A program made the position numbers and the translations under genes. The notes under the pieces were generated by a model. The model was not told the origin of the DNA and did no database searches. It worked only from the letters and a program-made list of their open reading frames with translations. Positions 26,566 to 36,521 of a stretch of DNA of 64,000 bases are shown here, piece by piece (positions within the stretch are counted from its first letter, which is position 1; each line of letters opens with the position of its first letter). Source of the stretch: a virus; the IMG/VR virus record IMGVR_UViG_3300024496_000011, one strand, 5' to 3'.

Positions 26566-28278
26566 TCAGACCACCATATGCGAAAAACCTTTTACTTTTT
26601 CAAACTTTATGACACTTTCAAATCTGTCCTCAAGACCTGTCTTATGAGAGATAACAAAAATGTTTGCGTCTTTAATTACATAACGAATGATTTTAAGAAA
26701 CTCTTCGGTTCCAGTGGAATCCAAAGAACTATCAAAAATTTCATCAAGAATCATTAGATTAGTATTCACCGAGTTCTTCATTCTTGCAACTTCTCTCCAA
26801 GTAAAAAGAAGTGCTAGGTCGATTCTTTGTTTTTCTCCTTCACTAAAAGAAGCATAGGAGAAATCTTCGTGAATGGGTGACTGGACGGTTTCGTTAAACT
26901 CCTCATCAAGAGTAAAGTTAATATAGAAGTCCATCATTTGCAGATAACGATTGACCTGCTGATTGATGAGTGGCAAATACTTCTTAATAATTTTGGATTT
27001 TACTCCACCGTCTTTGAGCAAACTATACGAAAAATCGTAATAGTTGATTGTGTCTTTTTTAGAAGCGAGTTCGTCGTATGTAATTTTTAAGTTGTCTTTG
27101 AAGGATTCTAACTTCTCATGTTCAGAATTTCGGTTTGCAAGGTTCTCGGTAAGAACTTGAATTTCTTTTTCAAGATTTCGGATTTGTCTTTGTAATCCGT
27201 TAATCTTAATATTGTTTTGAGAAATGCCATTCGTTAATTTTGAAATCTCCTTCGACAGAGTATTGAATTGACGCTCTCGCTCTTCTTCCTCTTTAATTGC
27301 CTCCTCTAGTTCTTTATAACCAGATTGCAACTCTTTTGCTTTATTTTGAGCGTCGTTAATTCTATTTATTCTGAAGATCTCTTCGATAGACTGTGTGCAG
27401 GTGGGGCATACCGTATTCTCTGTAAAGAACTTATGCTCTTTAGTAATGGTAGATACTTTTTGAGAAATCTTACCCTTTAAGTTTCCAAGTTTGCGTAGTT
27501 TTTCTGCATATCCAACCAACTTATCTTGCTCTCGAATATACTCATAAAGAGGTTCTTCTAAAGTACTATTCTCATTCATATATTGTTGGATTTCTTTATC
27601 CAAATCGGAAATTTTCCGATTACTATTATCAATACTTTCTTTTCCGCGATTCTCAAGTTCTTCAATGAACTCCTGTTGCATTTTGACTTTATCAAGAAGA
27701 GATTCTTTCTTCAGTTCATAAACTTTGATTTCTTCTTTTGTTTGACGAATCTTTTCTTTGATAACCATATTCATTGAAGAAAAAATCTTGATATCAAGCA
27801 AATCCTCAATGACTTCTCTACGATGTGCAGCAGAGAGTTGCATAAAAGGAACAAAAGTACTAGAACCCAGAATTACAATCTGAGTGAAGGACTTGTAGTT
27901 CATTTTAAGAACATTTTGCTCCAACCACTTCTGCTGATCTAAAGCAGCGGCAGATTGATCCAAAGAAGTATCATTTCTCCAAATCTCAAAAAGTGCAGGT
28001 TTAATTCCCCTTACAACTTTCCAATCAGCATTTCCAATCGAAAACTCTACTTCAACTCTACAGTCCTTTTCATTTACAGAGTTAATAAGTTGAGGTTTAT
28101 TAATCTTACGAAATGGTTTTCCAAACAAAGCAAATGTAAGTGCATCCAGAACAGTACTTTTTCCTGCTCCATTTGTACCGACAATGAGATTAGTTTTATT
28201 TTTTGTAAAATCAACTTCAGTGTACTGATTGCCAGTGCTTAAAAAGTTTTTCCAACGAATAGTTTTAAATAAAATCAT
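26566..28278 (-). CDS. gp46: recombination endonuclease ATPase subunit (T4 gp46, Rad50/SbcC-like)
   Basis: GTNGAGKS, CPTC zinc hook, FSEGEK signature, ILDEIFD, VISH. Confidence 0.97.
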   Translation of the reverse strand: MILFKTIRWKNFLSTGNQYTEVDFTKNKTNLIVGTNGAGKSTVLDALTFALFGKPFRKINKPQLINSVNEKDCRVEVEFSIGNADWKVVRGIKPALFEIWRNDTSLDQSAAALDQQKWLEQNVLKMNYKSFTQIVILGSSTFVPFMQLSAAHRREVIEDLLDIKIFSSMNMVIKEKIRQTKEEIKVYELKKESLLDKVKMQQEFIEELENRGKESIDNSNRKISDLDKEIQQYMNENSTLEEPLYEYIREQDKLVGYAEKLRKLGNLKGKISQKVSTITKEHKFFTENTVCPTCTQSIEEIFRINRINDAQNKAKELQSGYKELEEAIKEEEERERQFNTLSKEISKLTNGISQNNIKINGLQRQIRNLEKEIQVLTENLANRNSEHEKLESFKDNLKITYDELASKKDTINYYDFSYSLLKDGGVKSKIIKKYLPLINQQVNRYLQMMDFYINFTLDEEFNETVQSPIHEDFSYASFSEGEKQRIDLALLFTWREVARMKNSVNTNLMILDEIFDSSLDSTGTEEFLKIIRYVIKDANIFVISHKTGLEDRFESVIKFEKVKGFSHMVV

Positions 28279-28537
28279 GATCAGTGTTTGGAGGAATTAC
28301 AATGTCATTTGGAGTAATCACTGCATATTGATACCCATGCAGTTCACAAGTTTTTATCATTACTTCATCTTCAATTTCAATTACATGCATTTCTGGATAT
28401 CCTTCTTCTTCTAACATCATAGCATACCGAACAGCATCATCCTCTTCCTGAAAAAGATACAAAATATGTTCTCCCTCATCATCAATTACGGAATATGCTC
28501 CTTCAGTTTCTCTGCCATTGATTGTTAGAATAAACAT
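28265..28537 (-). CDS. DUF3110-like protein (cyanobacterial family)
   Basis: LFQEEDDAVRYAMMLEEEG...CELHGY...IVIPP matches my recollection of DUF3110 (FEDEDDAxRYAxLLEAQD). Confidence 0.65.
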   Translation of the reverse strand: MFILTINGRETEGAYSVIDDEGEHILYLFQEEDDAVRYAMMLEEEGYPEMHVIEIEDEVMIKTCELHGYQYAVITPNDIVIPPNTDHDFI

Positions 28538-29578
28538 TTAAACTAATTCACATGCCTCTTGATAAATTTCTTGCATCATTTTTTGAATGACTGATTTATC
28601 AAGACTAATTTCTGCCTCCTCAATATATCTATTCAGGATAGAAATAGTGTCTTCGCTTTCAAATGCTTCAAACTCTTCATGTTCTTGAATGTCAAAATTC
28701 TCAATGATTTTGAGTTCTGCAATGTTGGAAGAATAAAGTTTATCAATAAACTTTTCAAACTTTTTAGTGTCAGACTTTTTACGAACAACAACCTTTACGA
28801 TCTTGTTTTCGTACTCACGAGTATCAAATGTTTGATAGTTAGTGTCCTCATAATAAATGTTATGGAACATCTTATAAGGATTGTTTACATGCTCGTGAGT
28901 TATCGTTTCAGTATCAAAAATAGTGAATCCACGAGTATCACCAACATCAGTCCAGTAGATCTCATAGGGATTTCCTAAGTAAAAGACCGTTCCATCATTC
29001 GATCTAGTGTGATAGTGTCCCGAGTAGACTCTAGTGAACTTATCAAATAGTTTGCCCTCCAGACCGTGCTCCATGACGATTTGCTTATTAACTCTAAATC
29101 CCTGGAGTTCAAGGTGCCCCATCGCGCACGGGCAAGTTGTCTTTTTAATAAGTTTGAGAGTACTTTCCTCATTTTCTTGATTAATCCAGGGTATAAAAAG
29201 TGTTCGGAGATTATCGAGAATAACTTCAGTTGGTTCCGAATATACCGTCACATTATCATACTCACGCAAAAGTAAATCAACTGCATTTACATTATTAGTG
29301 TTCTTATAATAAGCCGTATGATTTCCTACAATTGTATGGACCCTTACACCCATTTCTTGAAGACGGTCATAGTAATTATTTTTTGCCCAAGATAAAGCAG
29401 AGAAATCAATTCCCTTACGACTATCAAAAGTATCTCCCATATCTACAACAGTAGTAATCCCTTGCTCTTCGAGTGTAGGGAAAAATACATTGTCGTAGAA
29501 ATTTAGAAAATAATCATGAAAGAGTTTGGAATTCTTTCTCGCACCAAAATGTTGGTCTGTAATAATTGCTACTTTCAT
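28538..29578 (-). CDS. gp47: recombination endonuclease nuclease subunit (T4 gp47, Mre11/SbcD-like)
   Basis: ITDQHFG, MGDTFD, VGNH, MGHLE, SGHYH. Confidence 0.97.
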   Translation of the reverse strand: MKVAIITDQHFGARKNSKLFHDYFLNFYDNVFFPTLEEQGITTVVDMGDTFDSRKGIDFSALSWAKNNYYDRLQEMGVRVHTIVGNHTAYYKNTNNVNAVDLLLREYDNVTVYSEPTEVILDNLRTLFIPWINQENEESTLKLIKKTTCPCAMGHLELQGFRVNKQIVMEHGLEGKLFDKFTRVYSGHYHTRSNDGTVFYLGNPYEIYWTDVGDTRGFTIFDTETITHEHVNNPYKMFHNIYYEDTNYQTFDTREYENKIVKVVVRKKSDTKKFEKFIDKLYSSNIAELKIIENFDIQEHEEFEAFESEDTISILNRYIEEAEISLDKSVIQKMMQEIYQEACELV

Positions 29579-30118
29579 TCAATACCGCAGTTTGCTGTGA
29601 ACTCCGTCCTTGATAGAATTATAATCGGAATAGTTCCCGCCGTCAATAGTGTTGTCGTCTGTGAAGACTTCCGAAAATCCAGACCTTTCAAGGATTTTAT
29701 TTTTGATTTCCAATTGACGCTTTTCTCTTTGGATGCGACGAAGGAAAGCGTAGTGAATGATTTGAGTGAAGTATGCGAAAGGATTTTGTGACTTCTCCGG
29801 ATTGAAATTGTGAATGTACTGAACACAATTTTCAATACCATCAGAAATCATATCTTCCTTGAACATGTAGTTCACGAAGTTTGGTTTAAAGGAAAGGTGA
29901 TTCGCAATCTTTAAGAAACACTCTCCAATGTAGCGGGGAATAGGAGGTTTTGTATCCCAAGTCTTTGCACGGTCTTCTTTCGTTAATTCTCTGCCAAACT
30001 TTTTAATAAAAGTTATTTCAACATCTTCACGATATTTGATGATAGCAGCAAGGAACTCTTTATTATTGACATAATGCTCTGACCTTTTTCTTTTGGCCAT
30101 GACTGCTGTGGTAATCAT
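29579..30118 (-). CDS. gp55: late transcription sigma factor (T4 gp55)
   Basis: HYVNNKEF, IANHLS, NFVNYMFKEDMISDGIENC, NPFAYFTQI. Confidence 0.97.
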   Translation of the reverse strand: MITTAVMAKRKRSEHYVNNKEFLAAIIKYREDVEITFIKKFGRELTKEDRAKTWDTKPPIPRYIGECFLKIANHLSFKPNFVNYMFKEDMISDGIENCVQYIHNFNPEKSQNPFAYFTQIIHYAFLRRIQREKRQLEIKNKILERSGFSEVFTDDNTIDGGNYSDYNSIKDGVHSKLRY

Positions 30119-30143
30119 AAGTTTTTATCATTATTATGTATAG

Positions 30144-30172
30144 ATTATACCACTTATACAAATGCTTGACAA
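30144..30172 (-). promoter_or_regulatory. sigma70-type promoter for gp55 operon
   Basis: TTGTCA-17nt-TATAAT with TG extension. Confidence 0.8.
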
Positions 30173-30194
30173 GGTATTCAAAAGTTGATACAAT
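30166..30194 (+). promoter_or_regulatory. antisense sigma70-type promoter back-to-back with the gp55 promoter
   Basis: TTGACA (30166-30171)-17nt-TACAAT (30189-30194); the -35 shares the near-palindrome CTTGACAAG with the gp55 promoter. Confidence 0.65.
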
Positions 30195-30223
30195 TACCTT
30201 TGTGGAGGTTGATAAGATAAGCT

Positions 30224-30616
30224 TTAACTATTTTTATAGAGTTTCTCTAATATCTCTTTAGCATCATTGACATTAGAGATATAACCCATTTTACGACTGA
30301 TTTTTGATTGATTTATACTTTTTTTATCAGATTGTCGTACATAATTTTGATACATCATTATTATTTTTATATCTGAAGATTCGGAAAGAGTTAATACATC
30401 TTCAAGATTTATTAAAAACATATCTTCCTTTGTTGTTTTTAACCAAGGTTCTATTTTATATCCAACAACTCCCATTCTAGTAGTAACTTCGCTTAAAACA
30501 ATGGGATTTGAAATAATCAATATTGTTCGATCTTCTTCTTCAGAGGCAGCAACTTTAGCAAATATTTCTTCCCCTGTTTTTAATTTTATTGTTGCATAAA
30601 AATCGTCTTCTATCAT
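30224..30616 (-). CDS. putative Sm-like fold protein, paralog C
   Basis: KLKTGEEIF...SNP...EPW...TKE...VLTL...MY. Confidence 0.7.
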   Translation of the reverse strand: MIEDDFYATIKLKTGEEIFAKVAASEEEDRTILIISNPIVLSEVTTRMGVVGYKIEPWLKTTKEDMFLINLEDVLTLSESSDIKIIMMYQNYVRQSDKKSINQSKISRKMGYISNVNDAKEILEKLYKNS

Positions 30617-32082
30617 TTTTTTAAATTAATTGTAATTATATCGTAATTAAAATTCTCTTCATTATAGATCTTAATTCTTTCAATGAGATGATTTAGAGTA
30701 TAATTTTTTCTTGCGTTATATGTACAGTCATCAGCGATATCATAAAGTGTTGCTTTTACTTTGTCTTTTCCTTTTCTAAGAACTCGTCCAATGCTTTGAA
30801 GATTACGAATTCTTGATTTGCTTGGTGAGGCAAAAATAACATTATGTAAATTTTTGATGTTGATTCCGGTAGAAAAAGTTCCATAAGATGCAACAATAAT
30901 TGCATTATTTTCTCTTTCTGTAATTTCTCTAACCAATTCTCTTTCTTCAGCGTCAACTCCACCATGAATAAAAAATACTTTACGATCATTTCGCTTATTA
31001 GTATTTATCTTTTCAAATAAGATAGCTCCATGCGCTTCTACTCTTGAAAATAAAATAAGGGTATTTCCTTTTAAATCTAATGCAAGATTTGTAATAAATT
31101 TATTTCTTTGTTCATGAGAAATTAAATATTGAATCTCATCTTCATAAGTTTCAAATTTTTGTGGATTATGTTTTAAAACAATACACTGAATATCTAATTG
31201 TGATAAATGACCTTGCCTCATCAATTCATCTGTTTTGGTAACTTTATAAGATGGACCAAATAACCCCTCTAAAACCCATTTATGTGTTTGTGTTCCATCA
31301 AGAGTTCCAGTAAAACCAAAACGATATTTTGCATGATGAAGTTTGGTCATAATTTCTATCAAGGATTTGCTCTTGAAAAGATGAGCTTCATCGCCTATAA
31401 TTACATTATATTCTTCAAAAAAAGATCTCTCTAGTTTATAAACAGACTGCCAAGTTGTGATCGTTACAGAATATTCATTTGTTTTTTCTTTACCCGAATA
31501 AATACGGTGACAATATGAATCAGCATCCCAACCATAGTCTTGGAAATCCTTGTACATCTGCTCTACCAAAGATGTCGTTGGAACAACTAGAAGAATTTTT
31601 TGTCCTTTATCTACATAATACCTTACGAGGGAATAAATCATCAAGGATTTTCCTGAGGCTGTGGGTGATATCAATAATTTTCGGTTATGTCGTAGAGCAT
31701 CGTATACTCCCTCTACTTGATACTCCCGTGGAGAATGAGCACAAATAGATTTCATATAGTCTTTTACACCTTCATATGAAATATTTTGATTTATTTCGAA
31801 AGGTTGTCCGTAAAATTTGTTATCTTCAAACTTATAAGAATATCCGTATTGATTGCAAAAATTTACAATTTTATCTAAGAGACCAACATATATTTGTTTC
31901 GATCTCATATCATATAAATGAATTTCTCCATTCCAATTTCTACCTCTATACTGAGGCATAAATTTTGCATTAGGAACCTCAAACTTAAAGTGATCTCTAA
32001 GTTCATACTCAATATGAGGTTCTGTATTGATTTTTAAAAATACTTCGTTTGATTTAGAAATAATAAGATCGGTTGTGTTCAC
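30613..32082 (-). CDS. uvsW: SF2 helicase UvsW
   Basis: PTASGKS, GDEAH, GFTGT, QSIGRVLR; late promoter at 32104-32110. Confidence 0.97.
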   Translation of the reverse strand: MNTTDLIISKSNEVFLKINTEPHIEYELRDHFKFEVPNAKFMPQYRGRNWNGEIHLYDMRSKQIYVGLLDKIVNFCNQYGYSYKFEDNKFYGQPFEINQNISYEGVKDYMKSICAHSPREYQVEGVYDALRHNRKLLISPTASGKSLMIYSLVRYYVDKGQKILLVVPTTSLVEQMYKDFQDYGWDADSYCHRIYSGKEKTNEYSVTITTWQSVYKLERSFFEEYNVIIGDEAHLFKSKSLIEIMTKLHHAKYRFGFTGTLDGTQTHKWVLEGLFGPSYKVTKTDELMRQGHLSQLDIQCIVLKHNPQKFETYEDEIQYLISHEQRNKFITNLALDLKGNTLILFSRVEAHGAILFEKINTNKRNDRKVFFIHGGVDAEERELVREITERENNAIIVASYGTFSTGINIKNLHNVIFASPSKSRIRNLQSIGRVLRKGKDKVKATLYDIADDCTYNARKNYTLNHLIERIKIYNEENFNYDIITINLKK

Positions 32083-32110
32083 GATGATTCATTCATCTGT
32101 GAATATTTAT

Positions 32111-32548
32111 TTACCCTAGTCCAGCGTTAAATCTCATAAATTCAATTGCATTCTTGATTTGATATGTTCTATTTTGAATCATTTTTAAAATGCTTTCAAT
32201 ATAAACAAGCATAGTGTCATAATAATCTATTTTCAAACAAACAGTTGACAATTTTTCATCGGCATCCAAATATTTTTGCATAGTGTCTTTATCCCTGATT
32301 TTTTTGGGAAATGGATTTTCCACATAAACATCAGGATCTGCCTTCCCAGAATAGTATTCATATCTTTCATGTCTAATATTTCTTTTTTGTTGTTCTGCTT
32401 TTTTTCTCAACAAAAAAATGGTATTGTATAGATCAAAATATTTTGCGTGAAGGATGGGAATATTTGTAGATTCCGTATGAAGATTATCCATGTCAATTTT
32501 GGAGTCCTGCTCCCACATTTTTTGAATAGTATCAAGATCAAAACTCAT
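32111..32548 (-). CDS. uvsY: recombination mediator UvsY
   Basis: DSKID...LHAKY...EYYSGKA...NRTYQIKNAIEF. Confidence 0.92.
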   Translation of the reverse strand: MSFDLDTIQKMWEQDSKIDMDNLHTESTNIPILHAKYFDLYNTIFLLRKKAEQQKRNIRHERYEYYSGKADPDVYVENPFPKKIRDKDTMQKYLDADEKLSTVCLKIDYYDTMLVYIESILKMIQNRTYQIKNAIEFMRFNAGLG

Positions 32549-33105
32549 AAAGGATCGCCATTCAAATCTGTAATATTAAACATAGTATACTTGAAAGATA
32601 CTTCTGCTGTAAAGTATTGAATGTCTGTTTCTGTAGCATCAAATTGTAATGTAGTCAAATTATAAGGAAACAAGTCTCTAAATTTTATTTTAAAGTTTGC
32701 ATTTTGGCTGCTTGTTAAAACAGTTAAAGTTCCATCCGAATACAGATTCATCAATCCTTTTCTTGGTTGATTCATATTTGGATTTGAAGTTTGTAATTCG
32801 TATATTTCTTCCAAGGATTCGGGAAATCCAAGACCACGAATCCAGTTTGAAATTTCAGTGTAATTCGTCAAATCCTCATCAACTAAAAACCTAAGAGTGA
32901 AATCTTCAAACTCTATCTTTTCCCCAGGTTGAGGTATGTCTCTCAAATATGATGGTTGATTGGCAATTCCTAAAGTTAATCCAGGTATATTTGCAGAATT
33001 ACTAAAAAAGGCAACTTTAGGTGCTCTATTTAAAATAAATTTAAATCCAACAGGTGCTAGAAAATTTCTATTCTGTATTTGATTCTTAAATGAGTTGGTC
33101 GTCAT
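32545..33105 (-). CDS. gp3: tail tube terminator/completion protein (T4 gp3)
   Basis: NFLAPVGFKF, ANIPGLTLG, FLVDEDLTNY, SFKYT. Confidence 0.88.
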   Translation of the reverse strand: MTTNSFKNQIQNRNFLAPVGFKFILNRAPKVAFFSNSANIPGLTLGIANQPSYLRDIPQPGEKIEFEDFTLRFLVDEDLTNYTEISNWIRGLGFPESLEEIYELQTSNPNMNQPRKGLMNLYSDGTLTVLTSSQNANFKIKFRDLFPYNLTTLQFDATETDIQYFTAEVSFKYTMFNITDLNGDPL

Positions 33106-33114
33106 TTTTTTAAA

Positions 33115-33150
33115 TATTTAGATAAAAAAAGAGACCCTTTTGGGGTCTCT
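33115..33150 (-). terminator. terminator after gp23 followed by late promoter CTAAATA
   Basis: AGAGACCCC-AAAA-GGGTCTCT-T7, then CTAAATA at 33121-33115. Confidence 0.8.
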
Positions 33151-33172
33151 CGATAATCTTATGTGATATTGA

Positions 33173-34603
33173 TCACATGAGGTTCTTAACAGCAACTCTT
33201 CTGTAGTAGCGGTTCTGGTTGGTCTGAAGACGACCGAGACCCTGATTGGTTCCTTCTGCAAATGGGTTAGCAACAAGACCATAACGGGTCTTAAAGCCAA
33301 TCTTAGGCTGGAAGGAGTTCTCACCAACGGCACGAACCATTTGGAGAGGAACATAAGGACAATAGAAGAGTCCAGCGTCATAAGGGGAAGCACCCTTATA
33401 ACCAACAACATAATACTGGTTACCTGGTGAGGTGTTACCCGCAGTGAGGTTAGCAGAATATGGGTCAATGTAGACGCGGAATTTGCCCATTAGAGTACCA
33501 GCAAAAGTATTGCCGGTGTCATCAACAGACAGATTAGCGTTAAGTGCAGGGGTGTAGTCTAGAACACCAGCCATGGTTAGTGCTGAAGCAACATCAGCAG
33601 AACACATGATGATGTTACCCTTTCCGCGACGAGTTCTTTGTGCGATTGCGTTAGCATCACGCTCGATTTGGAATAGGAGACCCTTGAACTTCTCAACTGA
33701 CCAACGACCGTTGGAGTCAACATCGAGGTCGAAGATACCAGCTGTTGCAGTGTTTTGAACAGCACCCTGTTCAGCAACCTTATAGATGGTTCTGATAACT
33801 TCGCGGTTGATTTCAGCAAGAATCTCAGTTGAGAGAATGTTTGCTAATTCCGCTTCAGCATTCAGACCATGGATTGCCTTGAGGTCTTGAGCGAGTTCTA
33901 ATGAGTACTCAGCTTTCAGAGCGCGTGACTTTGCAGTAACAGTGACTTTCTCGATTGAGAATGCCATCTGGTTGAATGCATCACCAGCTGTACCATCAAG
34001 GTTTTCTGCGTCGCCAGTAACCATACCCTGACCTACATTGTAGGCGGTTGAGGTTGCGCTACCAACTGGGTTTAGAACTGATGGGTTGCTTCCTGCTTGT
34101 GCAGTAGTACCCATACCAACGCCAACTTCAGTAAATCCTGCAGCCTCATCAAAACCTGCGTCTTGACCGGAGAATGCAGTATCTACTTCATTGAAGAAGG
34201 TTTCAGTTCCGCTTTGGTTGGTATAGCGGGAACGCATTGCGAAGATAAGTCCAGTAGGACCACTCATTGGTTGAACGCCAGCCAGGTCATAAGCGACCAG
34301 GTTGGGCATTGAACGACGAATGAGTGAAATCAGAACTGGATCAAAACCTGCAGTAGGACCACCAGCAGCGGAACCGCCACCGAAAGCACCACTAGCACCA
34401 GCAGCATTACCGCTGTTGGTTGGTGACTCCATGAGCATACTCATGGAACCGTTGTCGAAAGCAGATTGCTCTCTTAAAAATTTTTCTTGGTTTTCGAGCA
34501 GGACAGCGGTTACAGCTCTACGATGAGAATCTTTGATAGGGTCGATACCCTGATAATCTAGTAGAGGTGCCCACTTTTCCTGCAGATGCTCAGAATGGAA
34601 CAT
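33173..34603 (-). CDS. gp23: major capsid protein (T4 gp23)
   Basis: EKWAPLL, GVQPMSGPTGLIFAMRSRY, SRALKAEYSLELAQDLKAIHG, FYCPYVPL, KTRYG. Confidence 0.99.
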   Translation of the reverse strand: MFHSEHLQEKWAPLLDYQGIDPIKDSHRRAVTAVLLENQEKFLREQSAFDNGSMSMLMESPTNSGNAAGASGAFGGGSAAGGPTAGFDPVLISLIRRSMPNLVAYDLAGVQPMSGPTGLIFAMRSRYTNQSGTETFFNEVDTAFSGQDAGFDEAAGFTEVGVGMGTTAQAGSNPSVLNPVGSATSTAYNVGQGMVTGDAENLDGTAGDAFNQMAFSIEKVTVTAKSRALKAEYSLELAQDLKAIHGLNAEAELANILSTEILAEINREVIRTIYKVAEQGAVQNTATAGIFDLDVDSNGRWSVEKFKGLLFQIERDANAIAQRTRRGKGNIIMCSADVASALTMAGVLDYTPALNANLSVDDTGNTFAGTLMGKFRVYIDPYSANLTAGNTSPGNQYYVVGYKGASPYDAGLFYCPYVPLQMVRAVGENSFQPKIGFKTRYGLVANPFAEGTNQGLGRLQTNQNRYYRRVAVKNLM

Positions 34604-34655
34604 TTGCGTTTACCTTTTTTACTAAAGTGATTTTTGGGTTTGATTAATATTAAGT

Positions 34656-35810
34656 TCAGTTTTTGGCGACTGCCTGAAGAGTTCTTAGGTAGGTAGCCAT
34701 TTGACCGGAAATTACTTCAGGTGCTGGATCCATACCATCCGACAAAGTTTCAGTTCTGGCCTGTGGAGAAACTACTCTTGAAGGAAAATATGATTCCTTC
34801 AAAGTCTCCAGCTTTTCACGATATTTTGCTTCACTTTCAAACTCAACACTTTCGGCAAGTGAAGCGAGCTTGTCTTTCTGAGTGTCTGCTAGACCTTCAG
34901 CGACTTCTTCAAAGATTCCATCAGCAACCGACTCTGCGAGACGCTTGTTAAGTGAAATGTTCTTCTCAATTTGCTCGTTGAGTTTTGTCTCCATTTCATC
35001 AAGTTTTTCTACCATGCTTTCAAGCACATTATATTTATCTTCAGGGATTGATACATAATGTTCTTCAAAAAGACCCTTCATTCCTGCAAGGAATGATTCG
35101 GTCATTTCGGTCTTAAGACCGCTTTCAACTGCAAGAATATTTTCTTGCATCCACTCTTCAGATACATACTCAAGGTATGCATCTACGCGCTCCGAAAGTT
35201 CAGTTTTAATTTCTTGAACTTCTTCTGCAAGAGCAGCAACATACTGCTCTTCAAGTGCTTCTTTAATATCAGAAACTTTGGAACGAAGAGCAGCTTCAAA
35301 AATGGTTCTTGCTTTTTCTTGGAACTCTTCGGAGAGTTCTTCGCCAGCAAGCAGAGCATTAACATCTTCTTCGATGCTAAACTCTTCTTCCATTTCTTCT
35401 TCTTCTTCTCCTTCCTCTTCTTCCTTCTTTTTGCCTTTCTTACCGCCTTCTTCTTCCTCTTCTCCTTCCTCTTCTTCCTTAGCGGCTTCTAGGAGCTCTT
35501 CATCTTCATCATACTCAAGTTCTTCATCTTCCTTAACACCTTTCATTGCTTCCGCAGGTTTAGCACCTTTGTTGACAACATCCTTAACTTGCTTAAGGGT
35601 TCCTCCAGGTGTTTTAAGTTTTGCAGAATCATCATCTGGACGGTAGTTGGAAGGATCTGGACCTCCAAGATCTTCCCATCCGCCCGTTTGTCCATCAGGA
35701 ATATTGCCTGATAGGTTTGGCATTGCTTCTCCAGCCTTTGCATTTGCATTAACGGCGGTTTTGGATTGCTTAGTGCCTACTTCCATTTCTTGTAAATCTC
35801 CACGAGACAT
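34656..35810 (-). CDS. gp22: prohead core scaffold protein (T4 gp22)
   Basis: LSEEFQEKARTIFEAA, YLEYVSEEW, KLETLKESYF; acidic N-terminal region. Confidence 0.93.
   Translation of the reverse strand: MSRGDLQEMEVGTKQSKTAVNANAKAGEAMPNLSGNIPDGQTGGWEDLGGPDPSNYRPDDDSAKLKTPGGTLKQVKDVVNKGAKPAEAMKGVKEDEELEYDEDEELLEAAKEEEEGEEEEEGGKKGKKKEEEEGEEEEEMEEEFSIEEDVNALLAGEELSEEFQEKARTIFEAALRSKVSDIKEALEEQYVAALAEEVQEIKTELSERVDAYLEYVSEEWMQENILAVESGLKTEMTESFLAGMKGLFEEHYVSIPEDKYNVLESMVEKLDEMETKLNEQIEKNISLNKRLAESVADGIFEEVAEGLADTQKDKLASLAESVEFESEAKYREKLETLKESYFPSRVVSPQARTETLSDGMDPAPEVISGQMATYLRTLQAVAKN
35390..35520 (-). repeat. low-complexity GAA-rich tract encoding poly-Glu/Lys in gp22
   Basis: EEEEGEEEEEGGKKGKKKEEEEGEEEEEMEEE. 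Confidence 0.8.
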
Positions 35811-35849
35811 TTGAACTCTCCGATTAACCTTAGTAATTTAATCTATATT

Positions 35850-35857
35850 TATTTATA
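35850..35857 (-). promoter_or_regulatory. late promoter TATAAATA for gp22-gp23
   Basis: Exact consensus. Related ATAAATA/CTAAATA copies precede other late genes at 37094, 38944, 40669, 43577, 47266, 48748, 50998, 53942 and 61200. Confidence 0.85.
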
Positions 35858-35867
35858 AATTAATAAA

Positions 35868-36521
35868 TTACAATGAATTTAAAAACTCATTGAATAATTT
35901 AATTTTATGTTCTTCTAGTATTCTTTGATCAACTAGAGCATTAATTTTTCTTTTGGTATTCTCTGCTAATTTCTCTCGCAAAATACCACCATCCCAAATC
36001 CACTCTTTACCTTCCATAATTCCCTGAACAAAAGCGTCAGGTGCAGAAGGATCTGCAACAATATCTGCTGCAGTTGCAAGCATAAAATCTTCACCAACTT
36101 CTTTAAATCCTTTAGTATTTTCTCTTAAAGAACCAATTCCACGAGATGAAACACCAAGAGTCACTCCATCTTTGAGAAGTGATTCGGCAATTTTACCCAT
36201 TGGAGTGGATAAAATTTGTGCCTTACCAATAAAGTTATTACCACTTTGCTTGAGTTCTGTAATTTTATGAGAAACTCTATCAAGATTTACAGTAGGTCCA
36301 TCTGGATGACCTAATTCGCCAAGTGCTCTACCTTTTTGAACATAATTTTCATTATAACGGTTAACTTCTCTTTCCATAATTTGGAAAGGATACATTCTAC
36401 CATTACGATTAACACATTCACTTTGGAGGAAAACTCCCTGAATATAAAGTTGTTTTTTACCACCTACAGTTTCGGTGATAACTTCTACTTTTTCTACTTC
36501 TTCTCTGATAAGTTTCATCAT
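35868..36521 (-). CDS. gp21: prohead protease (T4 gp21)
   Basis: NRNGRMY, ALGELGHP, GVSSRGIGS, DIVADPSAPDA. Confidence 0.97.
   Translation of the reverse strand: MMKLIREEVEKVEVITETVGGKKQLYIQGVFLQSECVNRNGRMYPFQIMEREVNRYNENYVQKGRALGELGHPDGPTVNLDRVSHKITELKQSGNNFIGKAQILSTPMGKIAESLLKDGVTLGVSSRGIGSLRENTKGFKEVGEDFMLATAADIVADPSAPDAFVQGIMEGKEWIWDGGILREKLAENTKRKINALVDQRILEEHKIKLFNEFLNSL

Noticed and set aside
35390-35520. Purine-rich GAA repeat as a DNA-level element
   Set aside because: Explained by the acidic low-complexity region of the gp22 scaffold.
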